In this document: positions 8,215 through 16,845 of the stretch, in pieces
How the letters are laid out: the number at the start of each line of letters is the position of its first letter
How positions within the stretch are numbered: the first letter of the stretch is position 1
NCBI GenBank assembly: GCA_051005875.1
Contig: JBPCIX010000054.1
Location: 2,825-66,824, forward strand
DNA from: Actinomycetota bacterium
GTDB taxonomy: Bacteria > Actinomycetota > CADDZG01 > JAHWKV01
Length of the DNA stretch: 64,000 nucleotides
Direction of reading: 5' to 3'
Made by a program: the position numbers and the translations under genes
Notes under the pieces: model-generated
Seen by the model: only the letters and a program-made list of their open reading frames with translations
Databases searched by the model: none
Told to the model about the DNA's origin: nothing

Positions 8215-9139
8215 AGATGTGCTCGCGGGGAGACTCCGGCTCAACCTCGGCAAGTTTACGAACAAGGTCTTTGCCTTGTTTCGACAGTTTGCTCGGCACG
8301 GCCACGTTGACTGTTACCAGCAGATCCGCCTTGGCGCCGTCGGCGCCACCTTTGCCGCGCACCCGAAAGATCTTGCCCGAGGGCGTCCCGGCGGGAACCT
8401 TCAGAGTCACGTGCTTACCGTTCAACGTCGGGACCTCGACCTCGGCCCCCAAGGCGGCCTCGGCGAATGTAATGGGGAGCTGAAGCGTGACGTCGTGACC
8501 GCGGCGTCCGAAGTAGCGATGCGGGGCAACATGAACCTTCACGAAAAGGTCACCCGGGGAACCGCCGGCGGCGCCGGTCATGCCTTTACCGCTTAGGCGG
8601 ATCCTGTCACCGTCTTTGACCATTGCGGGGATTCGGGCCTTGATCGTTCGCCTGGGGCTCCCCGGCGAACTTATCCCAAGGCTCACGGTAGCGCCCTTAA
8701 GGGCGTCCTCAAACGGGATGGTTGCTTCGGTCTCGAGGTCGCTACCCCTTGAGGGGGCCCTTCGGAAACCGCCGCCGCCTCGACCGGCGCCGCCGCCGAA
8801 AAGCCCTCCGAGCAGATCGTCAAGATCAATCCCGCCGCCGCCGAAAATATCGCCCACATCCTCGGCCCGAACATTGCGCTGGCCGCCGCCGAACCCTCCC
8901 GAGTCGACCATCTGACGAATCCTGTCGTACTCCTGCTTCTTCTTGGGATCCGACAGCACATCATTTGCCTGAGAGATCTCCTTGAATTTCTCTTCGGCCT
9001 GTTTGTTGCCGGCATTGTTGTCCGGATGATATTGCTGGGCAAGTTTACGGTAGGCCTTTTTGATATCGGCTGCGGATGCGTTCTTATCCGCGCCCAACAT
9101 TGCGTAGTAATCCTTCTTCACCCAATCGGCTTGGCTCAC
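8207..9139 (-). CDS. dnaJ: J-domain co-chaperone (DnaJ/CbpA-like, class B: no Cys-rich zinc-finger domain)
   Basis: Has a J domain with HPD (YRKLAQQYHPDNN), a Gly-rich linker and DnaJ C-terminal domains. No CxxCxGxG repeats are present in the 310 aa. Confidence 0.85.
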   Translation of the reverse strand: MSQADWVKKDYYAMLGADKNASAADIKKAYRKLAQQYHPDNNAGNKQAEEKFKEISQANDVLSDPKKKQEYDRIRQMVDSGGFGGGQRNVRAEDVGDIFGGGGIDLDDLLGGLFGGGAGRGGGGFRRAPSRGSDLETEATIPFEDALKGATVSLGISSPGSPRRTIKARIPAMVKDGDRIRLSGKGMTGAAGGSPGDLFVKVHVAPHRYFGRRGHDVTLQLPITFAEAALGAEVEVPTLNGKHVTLKVPAGTPSGKIFRVRGKGGADGAKADLLVTVNVAVPSKLSKQGKDLVRKLAEVEPESPREHIYE

Positions 9140-9167
9140 TTTTCTTCTTTGATCCCGACCGTGACGC

Positions 9168-9797
9168 TCAGGAGCCCCTTCTTACCTTGACCATCGACGG
9201 TCTGAGGACTTTTCCTTTAAAGGCGTAGCCCGGACGCAGGATCTCCGCGACTACGAGTTCCCCTGTTTCATCGCCTGGAATCTCCAAAGCGGCCTCGTGA
9301 AGATGTGGGTCAAAGGGCTGGCCTTTGGCTTCGATTAGCTCAATACCCTCGGCTTGAAGAACCTCCTTCAGTTCTCCGTAAACCATCTCGATGCCCTTGA
9401 GCATTTTTTCGAAATCCTTGGTCTCCTCCGCCGCAGCCACAGCAAGCCCGAAGTTGTCGAGAACTCCAAGGAGCCTCGCCACCATAGGCAGAGCCGCTGT
9501 TTCGGCAAGAGCCGTTTGCTCCTTGACCACGCGTTTTCGATAGTTGTCGAACTCGGCCTTTAGGCGCTGGAGATCATCGAGATAGCCTGCTGCCTCAGAC
9601 TTTGCCCTTGTTATCTCGACTGCCAGCTCGACCGAAGGATCCCCGGTCGAGACCGGCGCCGGGGGAGCTTGCGAATCGGCGAGTTGATCCGGCGACTCGC
9701 CGTCGGGGCGCAGCTTTCTGCGGTCGCGCACCTGAACTTTAGAAGGCTCAGGCTCCTGCTCCGCCTCCAGCGGACGGTCCTGTTTCGAATCGGCCAT
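9168..9797 (-). CDS. grpE: nucleotide exchange factor GrpE
   Basis: 209 aa. Contains YLDDLQRLKAEFDNYRKR and a FDPHLHEA...GYAFKGKVLRPSMVKV C-terminus. Confidence 0.9.
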   Translation of the reverse strand: MADSKQDRPLEAEQEPEPSKVQVRDRRKLRPDGESPDQLADSQAPPAPVSTGDPSVELAVEITRAKSEAAGYLDDLQRLKAEFDNYRKRVVKEQTALAETAALPMVARLLGVLDNFGLAVAAAEETKDFEKMLKGIEMVYGELKEVLQAEGIELIEAKGQPFDPHLHEAALEIPGDETGELVVAEILRPGYAFKGKVLRPSMVKVRRGS

Positions 9798-9800
9798 CGC

Positions 9801-11642
9801 CTAAGCTCCCGCCTCTTCTACAATTTCCGCGTCGACAACATCGTCGTCTGACGAAGCTGCGTCGGCGGGCCCTGGGCCGCCTGAATCGCCGGTGCCTTGC
9901 TGGGCCTCGGCATACATGTGCTCGGCCAGCTTGTGCGAAGCCTCGGTCAACTTCTCCGAGGCAGCGCGGATCTTGTCCACGTCCTCAGTGCCGAGCGAGT
10001 CCTTGAGTTCTTGCACTGCCGTTTCAACCGCCGTGCGATCTGATTCGGCCAGCTTGTCGCCATGCTCTTTGAGTGTCTTTTCGGTTTGATAGATCAAGTT
10101 GTCGGCGAGGTTGCGTGCCTCGGCCAGCTCGCGGCGCTCTTTGTCTTCGTTGGCGAACTGCTCGGCGTCTTTCATCATTCGGTCGATTTCGTCTTTAGGC
10201 AAGGCCGAACCGCCGGTGATGGTCATGGCTTGTTCTTTGCCCGTCCCAAGATCCTTGGCGCCAACGTGGACGATTCCGTTTGCGTCAATGTCGAAGCTGA
10301 CCTCGACCTGAGGCACCCCACGGGGCGCGGCCGGGATTCCCACCAGGTCGAACTGGCCAAGGCTTCGTACGCCCGGCGAATGAACCATCTGACCTTCGCC
10401 TTGCACCACGTTTACCGTCACTGAAGGCTGATTGTCCTCAGCCGTTGAAAAGATCTCGCTCTTTCGCGTCGGGATCGTGGTGTTGCGCTCGATCATCTTT
10501 GTGAAGATGGCGCCCTTGGTCTCGATTCCCATGGTCAAAGGCGTAACATCGAGCAGGAGCACATCCTTAACCTCGCCCTTCAGTACTCCCGCTTGAAGCG
10601 CGGCGCCGATGGCGACGACCTCATCGGGATTGACGCCCTTGTGAGGTTCCTTGCCGCCGGTCATGCTCTTCACAAGCTCCACGATCATGGGCATGCGGGT
10701 GGAACCACCGACTAGGACTATGTGATCGATGTCGGCCACCGGCTTGCCCCAATCCTTTACAGCATGCTGGAAGGGGACCTTTACCCTATCGAGGAGGTCT
10801 TCGGTCATTTGCTCGAACTGAGACCTCGTCAAAGGCACTTCGAGGTGAATCGGCCCGGCGTCGGTCGCCGTCAAGAATGGAAGGTTGATGCTGGTCTGCA
10901 TAGCCTGAGAAAGCTCCATCTTCGCTTTCTCGGCGCCCTCCTTCAAACGCTGTAGAGCAACCCTGTCTTTGGAAAGGTCAACGCCGTGATTGTTCTTAAC
11001 CTCTTTCAACAGATGGTCAATGACTTTCTGATCCCAGTCGTCGCCGCCCAGGTGTGAGTCGCCGCTCGTTGCCTTGACGTCGAAAACACCGTCCGCTATT
11101 TCGAGAATTGAAACGTCAAAAGTGCCACCGCCCAAGTCGAAGACCAGGATCGTGTGCTCGGCGGATTTATCTAGGCCGTAGGCAAGCGCTGCTGCGGTCG
11201 GCTCCGCCACAAGCCGAAGGACCTCTAGGCCCGCAATCTCGCCGGCTTCTTTTGTAGCCTGGCGTTGAGCGTCTCCAAAGTATGCCGGTACGGTAACGAC
11301 CGCCTGAGTAACTTTGTCGCCCAAATAGGCCTCAGCGTCGCGCTTTAGTTTCATCAGGATCTGGGCTGAAATTTCCTGCGAAGTCCAGTCCTTGTTGTCG
11401 ATCTTGATCTTCCAGTTCGTCCCCATCTCACGCTTGATGGAGCGAACGGTCTGATCTGCGTTCGTAATCGCCTGGCGCTTGGCGACCTCGCCGACCAGGA
11501 TCTCGCCGGTTTTTGAGAACGCCACAACCGAGGGCGTAACCCGCTGCCCTTCGGCGTTAGGGATCACCACGGCCTCGCCGCCCTCAAGCACGCTCACAAC
11601 TGAGTTGGTGGTGCCGAGGTCAATTCCAACTGCTTTAGGCAT
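9801..11642 (-). CDS. dnaK: molecular chaperone DnaK (Hsp70)
   Basis: 613 aa. Contains [21 protein letters not shown] and [10 protein letters not shown]. Confidence 0.97.
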   Translation of the reverse strand: MPKAVGIDLGTTNSVVSVLEGGEAVVIPNAEGQRVTPSVVAFSKTGEILVGEVAKRQAITNADQTVRSIKREMGTNWKIKIDNKDWTSQEISAQILMKLKRDAEAYLGDKVTQAVVTVPAYFGDAQRQATKEAGEIAGLEVLRLVAEPTAAALAYGLDKSAEHTILVFDLGGGTFDVSILEIADGVFDVKATSGDSHLGGDDWDQKVIDHLLKEVKNNHGVDLSKDRVALQRLKEGAEKAKMELSQAMQTSINLPFLTATDAGPIHLEVPLTRSQFEQMTEDLLDRVKVPFQHAVKDWGKPVADIDHIVLVGGSTRMPMIVELVKSMTGGKEPHKGVNPDEVVAIGAALQAGVLKGEVKDVLLLDVTPLTMGIETKGAIFTKMIERNTTIPTRKSEIFSTAEDNQPSVTVNVVQGEGQMVHSPGVRSLGQFDLVGIPAAPRGVPQVEVSFDIDANGIVHVGAKDLGTGKEQAMTITGGSALPKDEIDRMMKDAEQFANEDKERRELAEARNLADNLIYQTEKTLKEHGDKLAESDRTAVETAVQELKDSLGTEDVDKIRAASEKLTEASHKLAEHMYAEAQQGTGDSGGPGPADAASSDDDVVDAEIVEEAGA

Positions 11643-11719
11643 AATTTGCTCCTTTATCTCTTTAATTAATGACTTAGGTTATTAGCGTTCGAATACGTCT
11701 GATTCGCACGTCTGGAGAT

Positions 11720-11749
11720 ATTGTAAGACTTGAGTGTCTCATTGTCAAC
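11720..11749 (-). promoter_or_regulatory. dnaK-operon promoter (TTGACA-17 nt-TACAAT) overlapped by a HAIR-like HspR operator
   Basis: The minus strand reads GTTGACA-ATGAGAC-ACTCAAG-TCT-TACAAT. The -35 is at 11748..11743 and the -10 at 11725..11720, with a 17-nt spacer. The arrangement gTTGAca-N7-ACTCAAG matches the CTTGAGT-N7-ACTCAAG HAIR architecture with a degenerate left arm. An extra TTGAGTC copy lies at 11754..11760. Confidence 0.5.
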
Positions 11750-11778
11750 TTTGTTGAGTCAGCAGCGGCCGTCGGCGG

Positions 11779-12339
11779 CTAGAAATTCTCCCAGTAACGG
11801 GAGGGCGTAGGGCCCCGCTGACCCTGATATTTGCTACGAAGCTCCTGCGAACCGTAGCCGCGCTCGGCCGGCGAGGAGAGTCTGAAGAAGGCTATCTGGC
11901 CGATCTTCATGCCTGCATACAGGGTAATCGGCAGGTTCGCCAGATTCGACAGCTCCAGGGTGAGGTGCCCCTCGAAGGCAGGATCGATAAAGCCCGCCGT
12001 CGAATGAGTAACCAGTCCCAGCCGCCCGAGCGACGACTTCCCCTCGAGTCGGCCGGCAACGTCATCCGGCAGCTGAACCCATTCAAGTGTTGATCCGAGA
12101 ACAAACTCGCCCGGGTGCAGGATGAACGGCTCGTCTCCGGTTACCTCGATAAGCTCGGTGAGGTCATCCATTCGGGTTTTCACATCAATCACCTGGTAGC
12201 GGTGATTTTGGAAGACCCGGAACTGATTATCGATTCGAACGTCGACCGAGGAAGGCTGGACCATCGATGTCTCGAACGGCTTGATAACGATTCGTCCGTC
12301 CCGAATCTCGGAGTGAATGTCTTTGTCGGAGAGAATCAT
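11779..12339 (-). CDS. dcd: dCTP deaminase
   Basis: 186 aa. Contains MILSDKDI..., [10 protein letters not shown] and [15 protein letters not shown]. Confidence 0.9.
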   Translation of the reverse strand: MILSDKDIHSEIRDGRIVIKPFETSMVQPSSVDVRIDNQFRVFQNHRYQVIDVKTRMDDLTELIEVTGDEPFILHPGEFVLGSTLEWVQLPDDVAGRLEGKSSLGRLGLVTHSTAGFIDPAFEGHLTLELSNLANLPITLYAGMKIGQIAFFRLSSPAERGYGSQELRSKYQGQRGPTPSRYWENF

Positions 12340-12428
12340 GAAATTCGATTCTATCGGCTAGTGCCCAGGGCACTAAATACTTGGGTTTTCGGGCGTGGCC
12401 CCAGCCTTGGGTAAAATGTAGTTCATTT

Positions 12429-12502
12429 GCGGGTGTAGTTCAATGGTAGAACGGAAGCTTCCCAAGCTTCAGGCGGGGGTCCGATTCCCCTCACCCGCTC
12501 CA
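12429..12502 (+). tRNA. tRNA-Gly (anticodon CCC), CCA encoded
   Basis: GCGGGTG acceptor stem pairs with CACCCGC. The anticodon arm is GAAGC-TTCCCAA-GCTTC and the T arm is GGGGG-TCCGATT-CCCCT. The terminal TCCA is at 12499..12502. Confidence 0.9.
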
Positions 12503-12529
12503 AGTTATGCGTTCGCGGAAGGAAGTGTC

Positions 12530-12898
12530 GTGAGGATCCCTAAAGAACAGTTCGAAGAGCTTGCTTCCCAAGCTCTCGACGAGTTACCCGCAGAGATTGC
12601 TCGGAATATGGCGAATGTACAGGTCGTGATTGAGCCTCTTCCACTGGCCGGAGACTTTGACGACGAAGACGATCGCGCAAACTTGCTGGGGCTCTACGAC
12701 GGCGTGCCTTTGACGCAGCGCGGGAGCGACTACTCGGGCGTGCTTCCCGACAGAATCACGCTATATCAGCGCAATATTGAAAAATCCGCCGGCACCTTCG
12801 ACGAAATCAAGGAGGAAGTCCGGCGCACCGTCATCCACGAAGTCGCCCACCATTTTGGCATCGACGACGACCGCCTGGAACAGCTCGGTTGGGCCTAA
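12530..12898 (+). CDS. small zinc metallopeptidase-family protein (COG3824-like, HExxH)
   Basis: The GTG at 12530 is preceded by GGAAGGAAG. The protein reads VRIPKEQFEELASQALDELPAEIARNMANVQVVIEP...VIHEVAHHFGIDDDRLEQLGW. The ORF-track start at 12443 lies inside the tRNA-Gly and is rejected. Confidence 0.75.
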   Translation: MRIPKEQFEELASQALDELPAEIARNMANVQVVIEPLPLAGDFDDEDDRANLLGLYDGVPLTQRGSDYSGVLPDRITLYQRNIEKSAGTFDEIKEEVRRTVIHEVAHHFGIDDDRLEQLGWA

Positions 12899-13017
12899 AG
12901 CGCAGGAGCTACCCGGCCGATAATAGTTAATGCGACACTGCTGGGGAGCTGCGTCGGCGAGGCGGACCTTCGGGTCCCCCTTCGGACGCCCCTCGAAGAG
13001 CCGGTTCGGCTCCCCGG

Positions 13018-14391
13018 CTACCTCCTAATGTCCCGCGCTAGGTTGGCGAACTTCGTGTAGTGGTCCAGGAACGCCAGTTCTACTTTGCCGATGGGGCCGT
13101 TACGATGCTTGGCCACCTGAATTTCGGCGATTCCCTTTTGAGGCGAGTCGGGATTGTAGACCTCGTCCCGGTAAATGAACATAACGATATCCGCATCCTG
13201 TTCGATACTCCCGCTCTCGCGAAGATCGGCTAGCAGCGGGCGCTTGTCTGTTCGGTGTTCTACATTTCTGGATAGCTGGCTCACCGCTATTACCGGCAGA
13301 TCGAGTTCTTTGGCGAGGATTTTGAGTGATCGAGAAATTTCCGTTACCTCTTGGACCCTGTTGTCGGAGCGCCGGCCGGGCGGAGGGAGCATCAGCTGTA
13401 GGTAGTCGACTATCACCAGGCCGAGGCCTTGTTTCGCCTTCAGGCGGCGGCACTTTGCCCTGATCTCCATGATCGTCAGGTTGGCGGAATCGTCGATGTA
13501 GATCGGGGCCTCGGCAAGACGGCCTAGAGCGTGCGAGAGCTTGGGCCAATCTGCCTCTTGCAGAGCCCCCCGGCGCAACCGGTTCGAATCGACCCTGGCC
13601 TCAGCACACATGAGCCGCTGAACAAGTTCCATTTTCGACATTTCCAGCGAGAAGATGACGACAGGCTGGTGCATCTCGACCGCGACGTGCTGGGCTACTG
13701 AAACTGCAAGAGCGGACTTACCCATTGCCGGACGGGCGGCGACTATAACCAGGTTCGAGGGCTGCAGGCCCGCTGTAATGGCGTCTAGCTCGGTGAAACC
13801 CGTCGGCAGACCGGTAATGGTCGAGCCTTTTTCGTAGAGTTTTTCTACAAGCTCCATGTTTTCGGTGAGGAGGTCGCGAATCGCGGTGAAATCTTGGGCG
13901 TCTCTGCGCTGGGATACCTTGTACACAAGATCTTCGGCGAAATCCACGGTGCCTTCCACGTCTTCAGGAACGCTGAAGGCGAGGTCGGAAATCTCATGAG
14001 CTGCTTCAATCAACCTGCGGAGCAATGCGTTCTCTTCAACTATCCGGGCGTAGTGCACCGCTGAGCCTGCGGTCGGCACCGTTTGCACCAACGTGAAGAT
14101 ATAAGGCTTGCCGCCGGTGTTTTCGAGTGTGCCTCTGCGACGAAGCTCTTCGGCCAAAGTCACAGCGTCGATGGGGTCTCCCCGACCGTACAGTTCCAGC
14201 ATTGCCAGATAGATCTCGGTGTGGGCAGGCTTGTAAAAGTGATCGGGGTTAACGATTTCGAGCACGCCGGCGACGGCTTCACGCGACAGAAGGCACGCCC
14301 CCAGAACCGACTCTTCAGCCTCGAGGTTGTGGGGCGGCACGCGCGCCGCAAGTGTGGCGTCGGGGCTGCCGCTTCTAAGTCTTGTCGCCAT
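13018..14391 (-). CDS. dnaB: replicative DNA helicase DnaB (no intein)
   Basis: 457 aa. Contains PPHNLEAEESVLGA, Walker A ARPAMGKSA, IVDYLQLM and SQLSR. Confidence 0.95.
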   Translation of the reverse strand: MATRLRSGSPDATLAARVPPHNLEAEESVLGACLLSREAVAGVLEIVNPDHFYKPAHTEIYLAMLELYGRGDPIDAVTLAEELRRRGTLENTGGKPYIFTLVQTVPTAGSAVHYARIVEENALLRRLIEAAHEISDLAFSVPEDVEGTVDFAEDLVYKVSQRRDAQDFTAIRDLLTENMELVEKLYEKGSTITGLPTGFTELDAITAGLQPSNLVIVAARPAMGKSALAVSVAQHVAVEMHQPVVIFSLEMSKMELVQRLMCAEARVDSNRLRRGALQEADWPKLSHALGRLAEAPIYIDDSANLTIMEIRAKCRRLKAKQGLGLVIVDYLQLMLPPPGRRSDNRVQEVTEISRSLKILAKELDLPVIAVSQLSRNVEHRTDKRPLLADLRESGSIEQDADIVMFIYRDEVYNPDSPQKGIAEIQVAKHRNGPIGKVELAFLDHYTKFANLARDIRR

Positions 14392-14474
14392 CAGGAGCTA
14401 TTAGTGACCTCTCGTACATATGTTCGATAGTCTAACCGGCCGGGGCGACAATCCCCCGGATGCTACGCGCGAAA

Positions 14475-14558
14475 TCCACAGCCCTTCCAGGCACGGCTTC
14501 CACAATTCGAGCAAGAAATTCACAGGCATTCCCCCAAGTTTCCGGCTAGTTACCCACA
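14475..14558. promoter_or_regulatory. cluster of four co-oriented DnaA-box-like motifs upstream of dnaB
   Basis: AAATCCACA ends at 14480, GCTTCCACA at 14504, AAATTCACA at 14524 and TTACCCACA at 14558. All are on the plus strand, 85-170 nt from the dnaB start codon. Confidence 0.35.
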
Positions 14559-14806
14559 ACATATAGCGTCAATGACTTGATTACTCACTATATATTGGGT
14601 CGCTACGGGCCAGTCAAGGGCCTTTTAGAAATATCTTCCCGACTCGAAAAAGGGCGCTCCCTTTAGGGTCCACCGGGTATTCAGTCTAGGCCGAGCGCCA
14701 AGCCAATCGGGCGGATTAGTCTTGTCGGCGGCAGCCCTTATCGTGTCTTGTGCTTCCCCAGCGAAGGCAACCGTCATGCTTGCCAGCGGCTGCGTAAGGA
14801 GGGACA

Positions 14807-15196
14807 ATGTCGGTAACAGAAAGATCTAGGCACGAACTGTTTAAAAAACTCGAAAAGGTTCTCGGAATGGAAGATGCTGGCACCCTCATGGATCTCGTCC
14901 CGCCGATGGGCTGGGGGGACATGGCGACCAAACGGGATTTGGACGAATTTACAGTGGCGACCAAACGGGACATAGACGAATTTAGAGTGGCGACCAAACG
15001 AGACATAGACGAATTTAGAGTGGCGACCAAACGAGACATAGACGAATTTAGAGTGGCGACCAAACGGGACATGGACCTGCTGAAGAGCGATCTGAAGGAC
15101 GAGCTGACTTTAAAGCTTCGGGGGCTGTTCTTCGCGATTGCAGCCCTCTTTATCGGGGTCGTGAGCCTACTGCTAGCAGTGCCGCATTTGATTTAG
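14807..15196 (+). CDS. small tail-anchored coiled-coil protein with 11-aa tandem repeats (DUF1640-like architecture)
   Basis: Strong RBS (AAGGAGGGACAATG). 129 aa containing (ATKRD[IL]DEF[RT]V) x4.5, then LKSDLKDELTLKLRG and a C-terminal TM helix LFFAIAALFIGVVSLLLAV. Confidence 0.7.
   Translation: MSVTERSRHELFKKLEKVLGMEDAGTLMDLVPPMGWGDMATKRDLDEFTVATKRDIDEFRVATKRDIDEFRVATKRDIDEFRVATKRDMDLLKSDLKDELTLKLRGLFFAIAALFIGVVSLLLAVPHLI
14924..15076. repeat. 33-bp tandem repeat, about 4.6 copies
   Basis: Units start at 14924, 14957, 14990 and 15023, with a partial unit at 15056. The third and fourth units are identical and the second differs from them only at 1-2 positions. Confidence 0.92.
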
Positions 15197-15225
15197 GGCT
15201 CGAGCCAGTTATCAGGGGGAAGTAG

Positions 15226-15726
15226 CTAGGTTTGTTTTGTGGAGGGCGCTTCGGGTATTTCTTCCGCCGGCGTGACGGTACCGTCAGAAACTACCTCGAC
15301 TTTGCCTTGAGCCGTCACCTCGTGCTCCAGCGAAACACTGAACGAGTGCGAACCCAGGGATTTAATCGCCTCTGGCACCGAGACTTTGCGCCGGTCAATC
15401 TCTATCCCCAACAGCTCGGTGAGCTGCTGGGCAATCTCCGATGTGGTGACCGACCCGAACAGATGACCTTCGGCCCCCGCTCTGGCCGCTATCTTGAGCG
15501 GCGTTGCCGCGATCTTCTGGGCTATGGCCTCGACCGACTCTTTTGCCTTGCGGTCGCCGTCGGCCCTCGAGCGCAGCATGATCTCAGCCTGCTTCAACGT
15601 TCCCTTCGAAGCCGCTATGGCCAGCTTGCGAGGCAAAAGGTAGTTGCGGGCATAGCCGCCCGCAACCTCCACAACATCGCCTTTCCTGCCTAATCGCCCC
15701 ATATCGGCGCTCAGAACTACCCTCAT
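15226..15726 (-). CDS. rplI: 50S ribosomal protein L9
   Basis: MRVVLSADMGRLGRKGDVVEVAGGYARNYLLPRKLA. The ATG at 15726 is preceded by GGGAG. Confidence 0.9.
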   Translation of the reverse strand: MRVVLSADMGRLGRKGDVVEVAGGYARNYLLPRKLAIAASKGTLKQAEIMLRSRADGDRKAKESVEAIAQKIAATPLKIAARAGAEGHLFGSVTTSEIAQQLTELLGIEIDRRKVSVPEAIKSLGSHSFSVSLEHEVTAQGKVEVVSDGTVTPAEEIPEAPSTKQT

Positions 15727-15793
15727 TTGCATCTCCCGCAATGAGGGACGGACAGCGCCCCGAAGGCTGCCTTCCGGGGATGCAGGTCGTTCC

Positions 15794-16078
15794 TCATCTG
15801 ACTACGTAGGGGATTAGGGCTACCTCGCGGGCGTTCTTGATTGCGGACGCCACTTCGTGCTGGTGCTGCACGCAGGTGCCGGTCACCCTTCTCGCGCGGA
15901 TCTTGCCCCGGTCGGAAGTGAACTTGCGCATCAAGGACACATCCTTGAAATCGATGTAGTCGATCTTGTCCTTGCAAAACATGCAAACCTTCTTCCGGAC
16001 CGGACGACCGGCTCGTTTATCTCTTTTTTCCCGCGCATCCGAGCTGGTGCTGCGAGAATTAGAGTCTTTACGCCCCAG
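15794..16078 (-). CDS. rpsR: 30S ribosomal protein S18 (likely CTG-initiated; ORF track shows only the ATG-truncated 62 aa)
   Basis: The in-frame upstream sequence encodes ...[12 protein letters not shown] before [14 protein letters not shown], which is the conserved S18 N-terminal region. The frame is closed by a TAG at 16099..16097. No ATG, GTG or TTG lies in between. The only near-cognate start is the CTG at 16078..16076, 6 nt after AGGAGG. Confidence 0.75.
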   Translation of the reverse strand: MGRKDSNSRSTSSDAREKRDKRAGRPVRKKVCMFCKDKIDYIDFKDVSLMRKFTSDRGKIRARRVTGTCVQHQHEVASAIKNAREVALIPYVVR

Positions 16079-16505
16079 CGGGAACCTCCTGGTTTTCTAC
16101 ACCCGGCGCTTCTGCACCGGCGGCTTCGGTCTGCCAATCGCCGGGACCGCCGCGGGTTGTTTTGGTTACAGCGGCAGTGGCCCACCTGAGCGACGGCCCT
16201 ACTTCGTCGGCCTCGATCTCAACAACGGTGCGCTTTTGCCCCTCTTCGGTCTCCCAGCTGCGGGACTGAACCCGGCCGCTGACTATCACCCTTACGCCGG
16301 TAGATAGGGATTCAGCGATGTTCTCAGCCAGTTGGCGCCACGCGTTTACGTTGAAAAAGTCTGTCTGCTCGACCTTTTCACCGTTGCGGTTTGTGTAAAA
16401 CCGGTTTACCGCGATCCCAAATTTAGCTACTGCGGCCCCCGAGGGCGTGTACTTGAGCTCGGGCTCACGGGTGAGGTTTCCCACCACGGTTACGTTGTTC
16501 GACAT
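16068..16505 (-). CDS. ssb: single-stranded DNA-binding protein
   Basis: 145 aa with an OB fold: [35 protein letters not shown]...[13 protein letters not shown]. Located within the rpsF-ssb-rpsR-rplI cluster. Confidence 0.9.
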   Translation of the reverse strand: MSNNVTVVGNLTREPELKYTPSGAAVAKFGIAVNRFYTNRNGEKVEQTDFFNVNAWRQLAENIAESLSTGVRVIVSGRVQSRSWETEEGQKRTVVEIEADEVGPSLRWATAAVTKTTRGGPGDWQTEAAGAEAPGVENQEVPAGA

Positions 16506-16560
16506 CTGTCATCCTCCTTGAAGGACCCCCGCCCTTCGATTGGTGCTCCGGCCTGGAGCA

Positions 16561-16845
16561 CTACGGCACCCGCACTATTTTGTGACGGATGTATTCCTCG
16601 CCGATGCTTAACAACCGGTCGAGTTCGCCGATGAGCTCTGGCTCAGCTTTGAAATCCGCCACGACATAGTGACCTTCGTTGAGATGGTCGATCTGGTAAG
16701 CGAGGCGGCGCTTGCCCCACTCGTCGATCTTCGCCATCTCACCTTGGGTCGCGATGACTTTGGTGAACTTTTCGACCGCTTGTTGAATGGCCGCATCTTC
16801 CAGCCTGGGGTCAACGATGACGACAGCTTCATAGTTTCTTTGCAA
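16561..16845 (-). CDS. rpsF: 30S ribosomal protein S6
   Basis: MQRNYEAVVIVDPRLED...WGKRRLAYQI. Confidence 0.9.
   Translation of the reverse strand: MQRNYEAVVIVDPRLEDAAIQQAVEKFTKVIATQGEMAKIDEWGKRRLAYQIDHLNEGHYVVADFKAEPELIGELDRLLSIGEEYIRHKIVRVP

Noticed and set aside
11729-11760. Canonical perfect HAIR inverted repeat
   Set aside because: The two exact TTGAGT copies are direct repeats, not inverted. Only an imperfect CTTGAGT-N7-TGTCAAC arrangement exists, so the operator call is kept at moderate confidence rather than described as a perfect HAIR.
12443-12529. ORF-track start of the metallopeptidase gene
   Set aside because: It would begin inside tRNA-Gly (12429..12502). The GTG at 12530 with a GGAAGGAAG RBS gives the family-typical N-terminus.
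14649-14664. AAAGGG-cgct-CCCTTT hairpin as an intrinsic terminator
   Set aside because: There is no gene ending upstream on either strand that it would terminate. The U-run on the minus strand is largely part of the stem.
14716-15072. Minus-strand ORF through the 33-bp repeats (MSRLVATLNSS x4)
   Set aside because: It is the mirror image of the + strand repeat protein. The + strand ORF has a strong AAGGAGG RBS, an N-terminal non-repeat domain and a C-terminal TM helix. The minus ORF has none of these.
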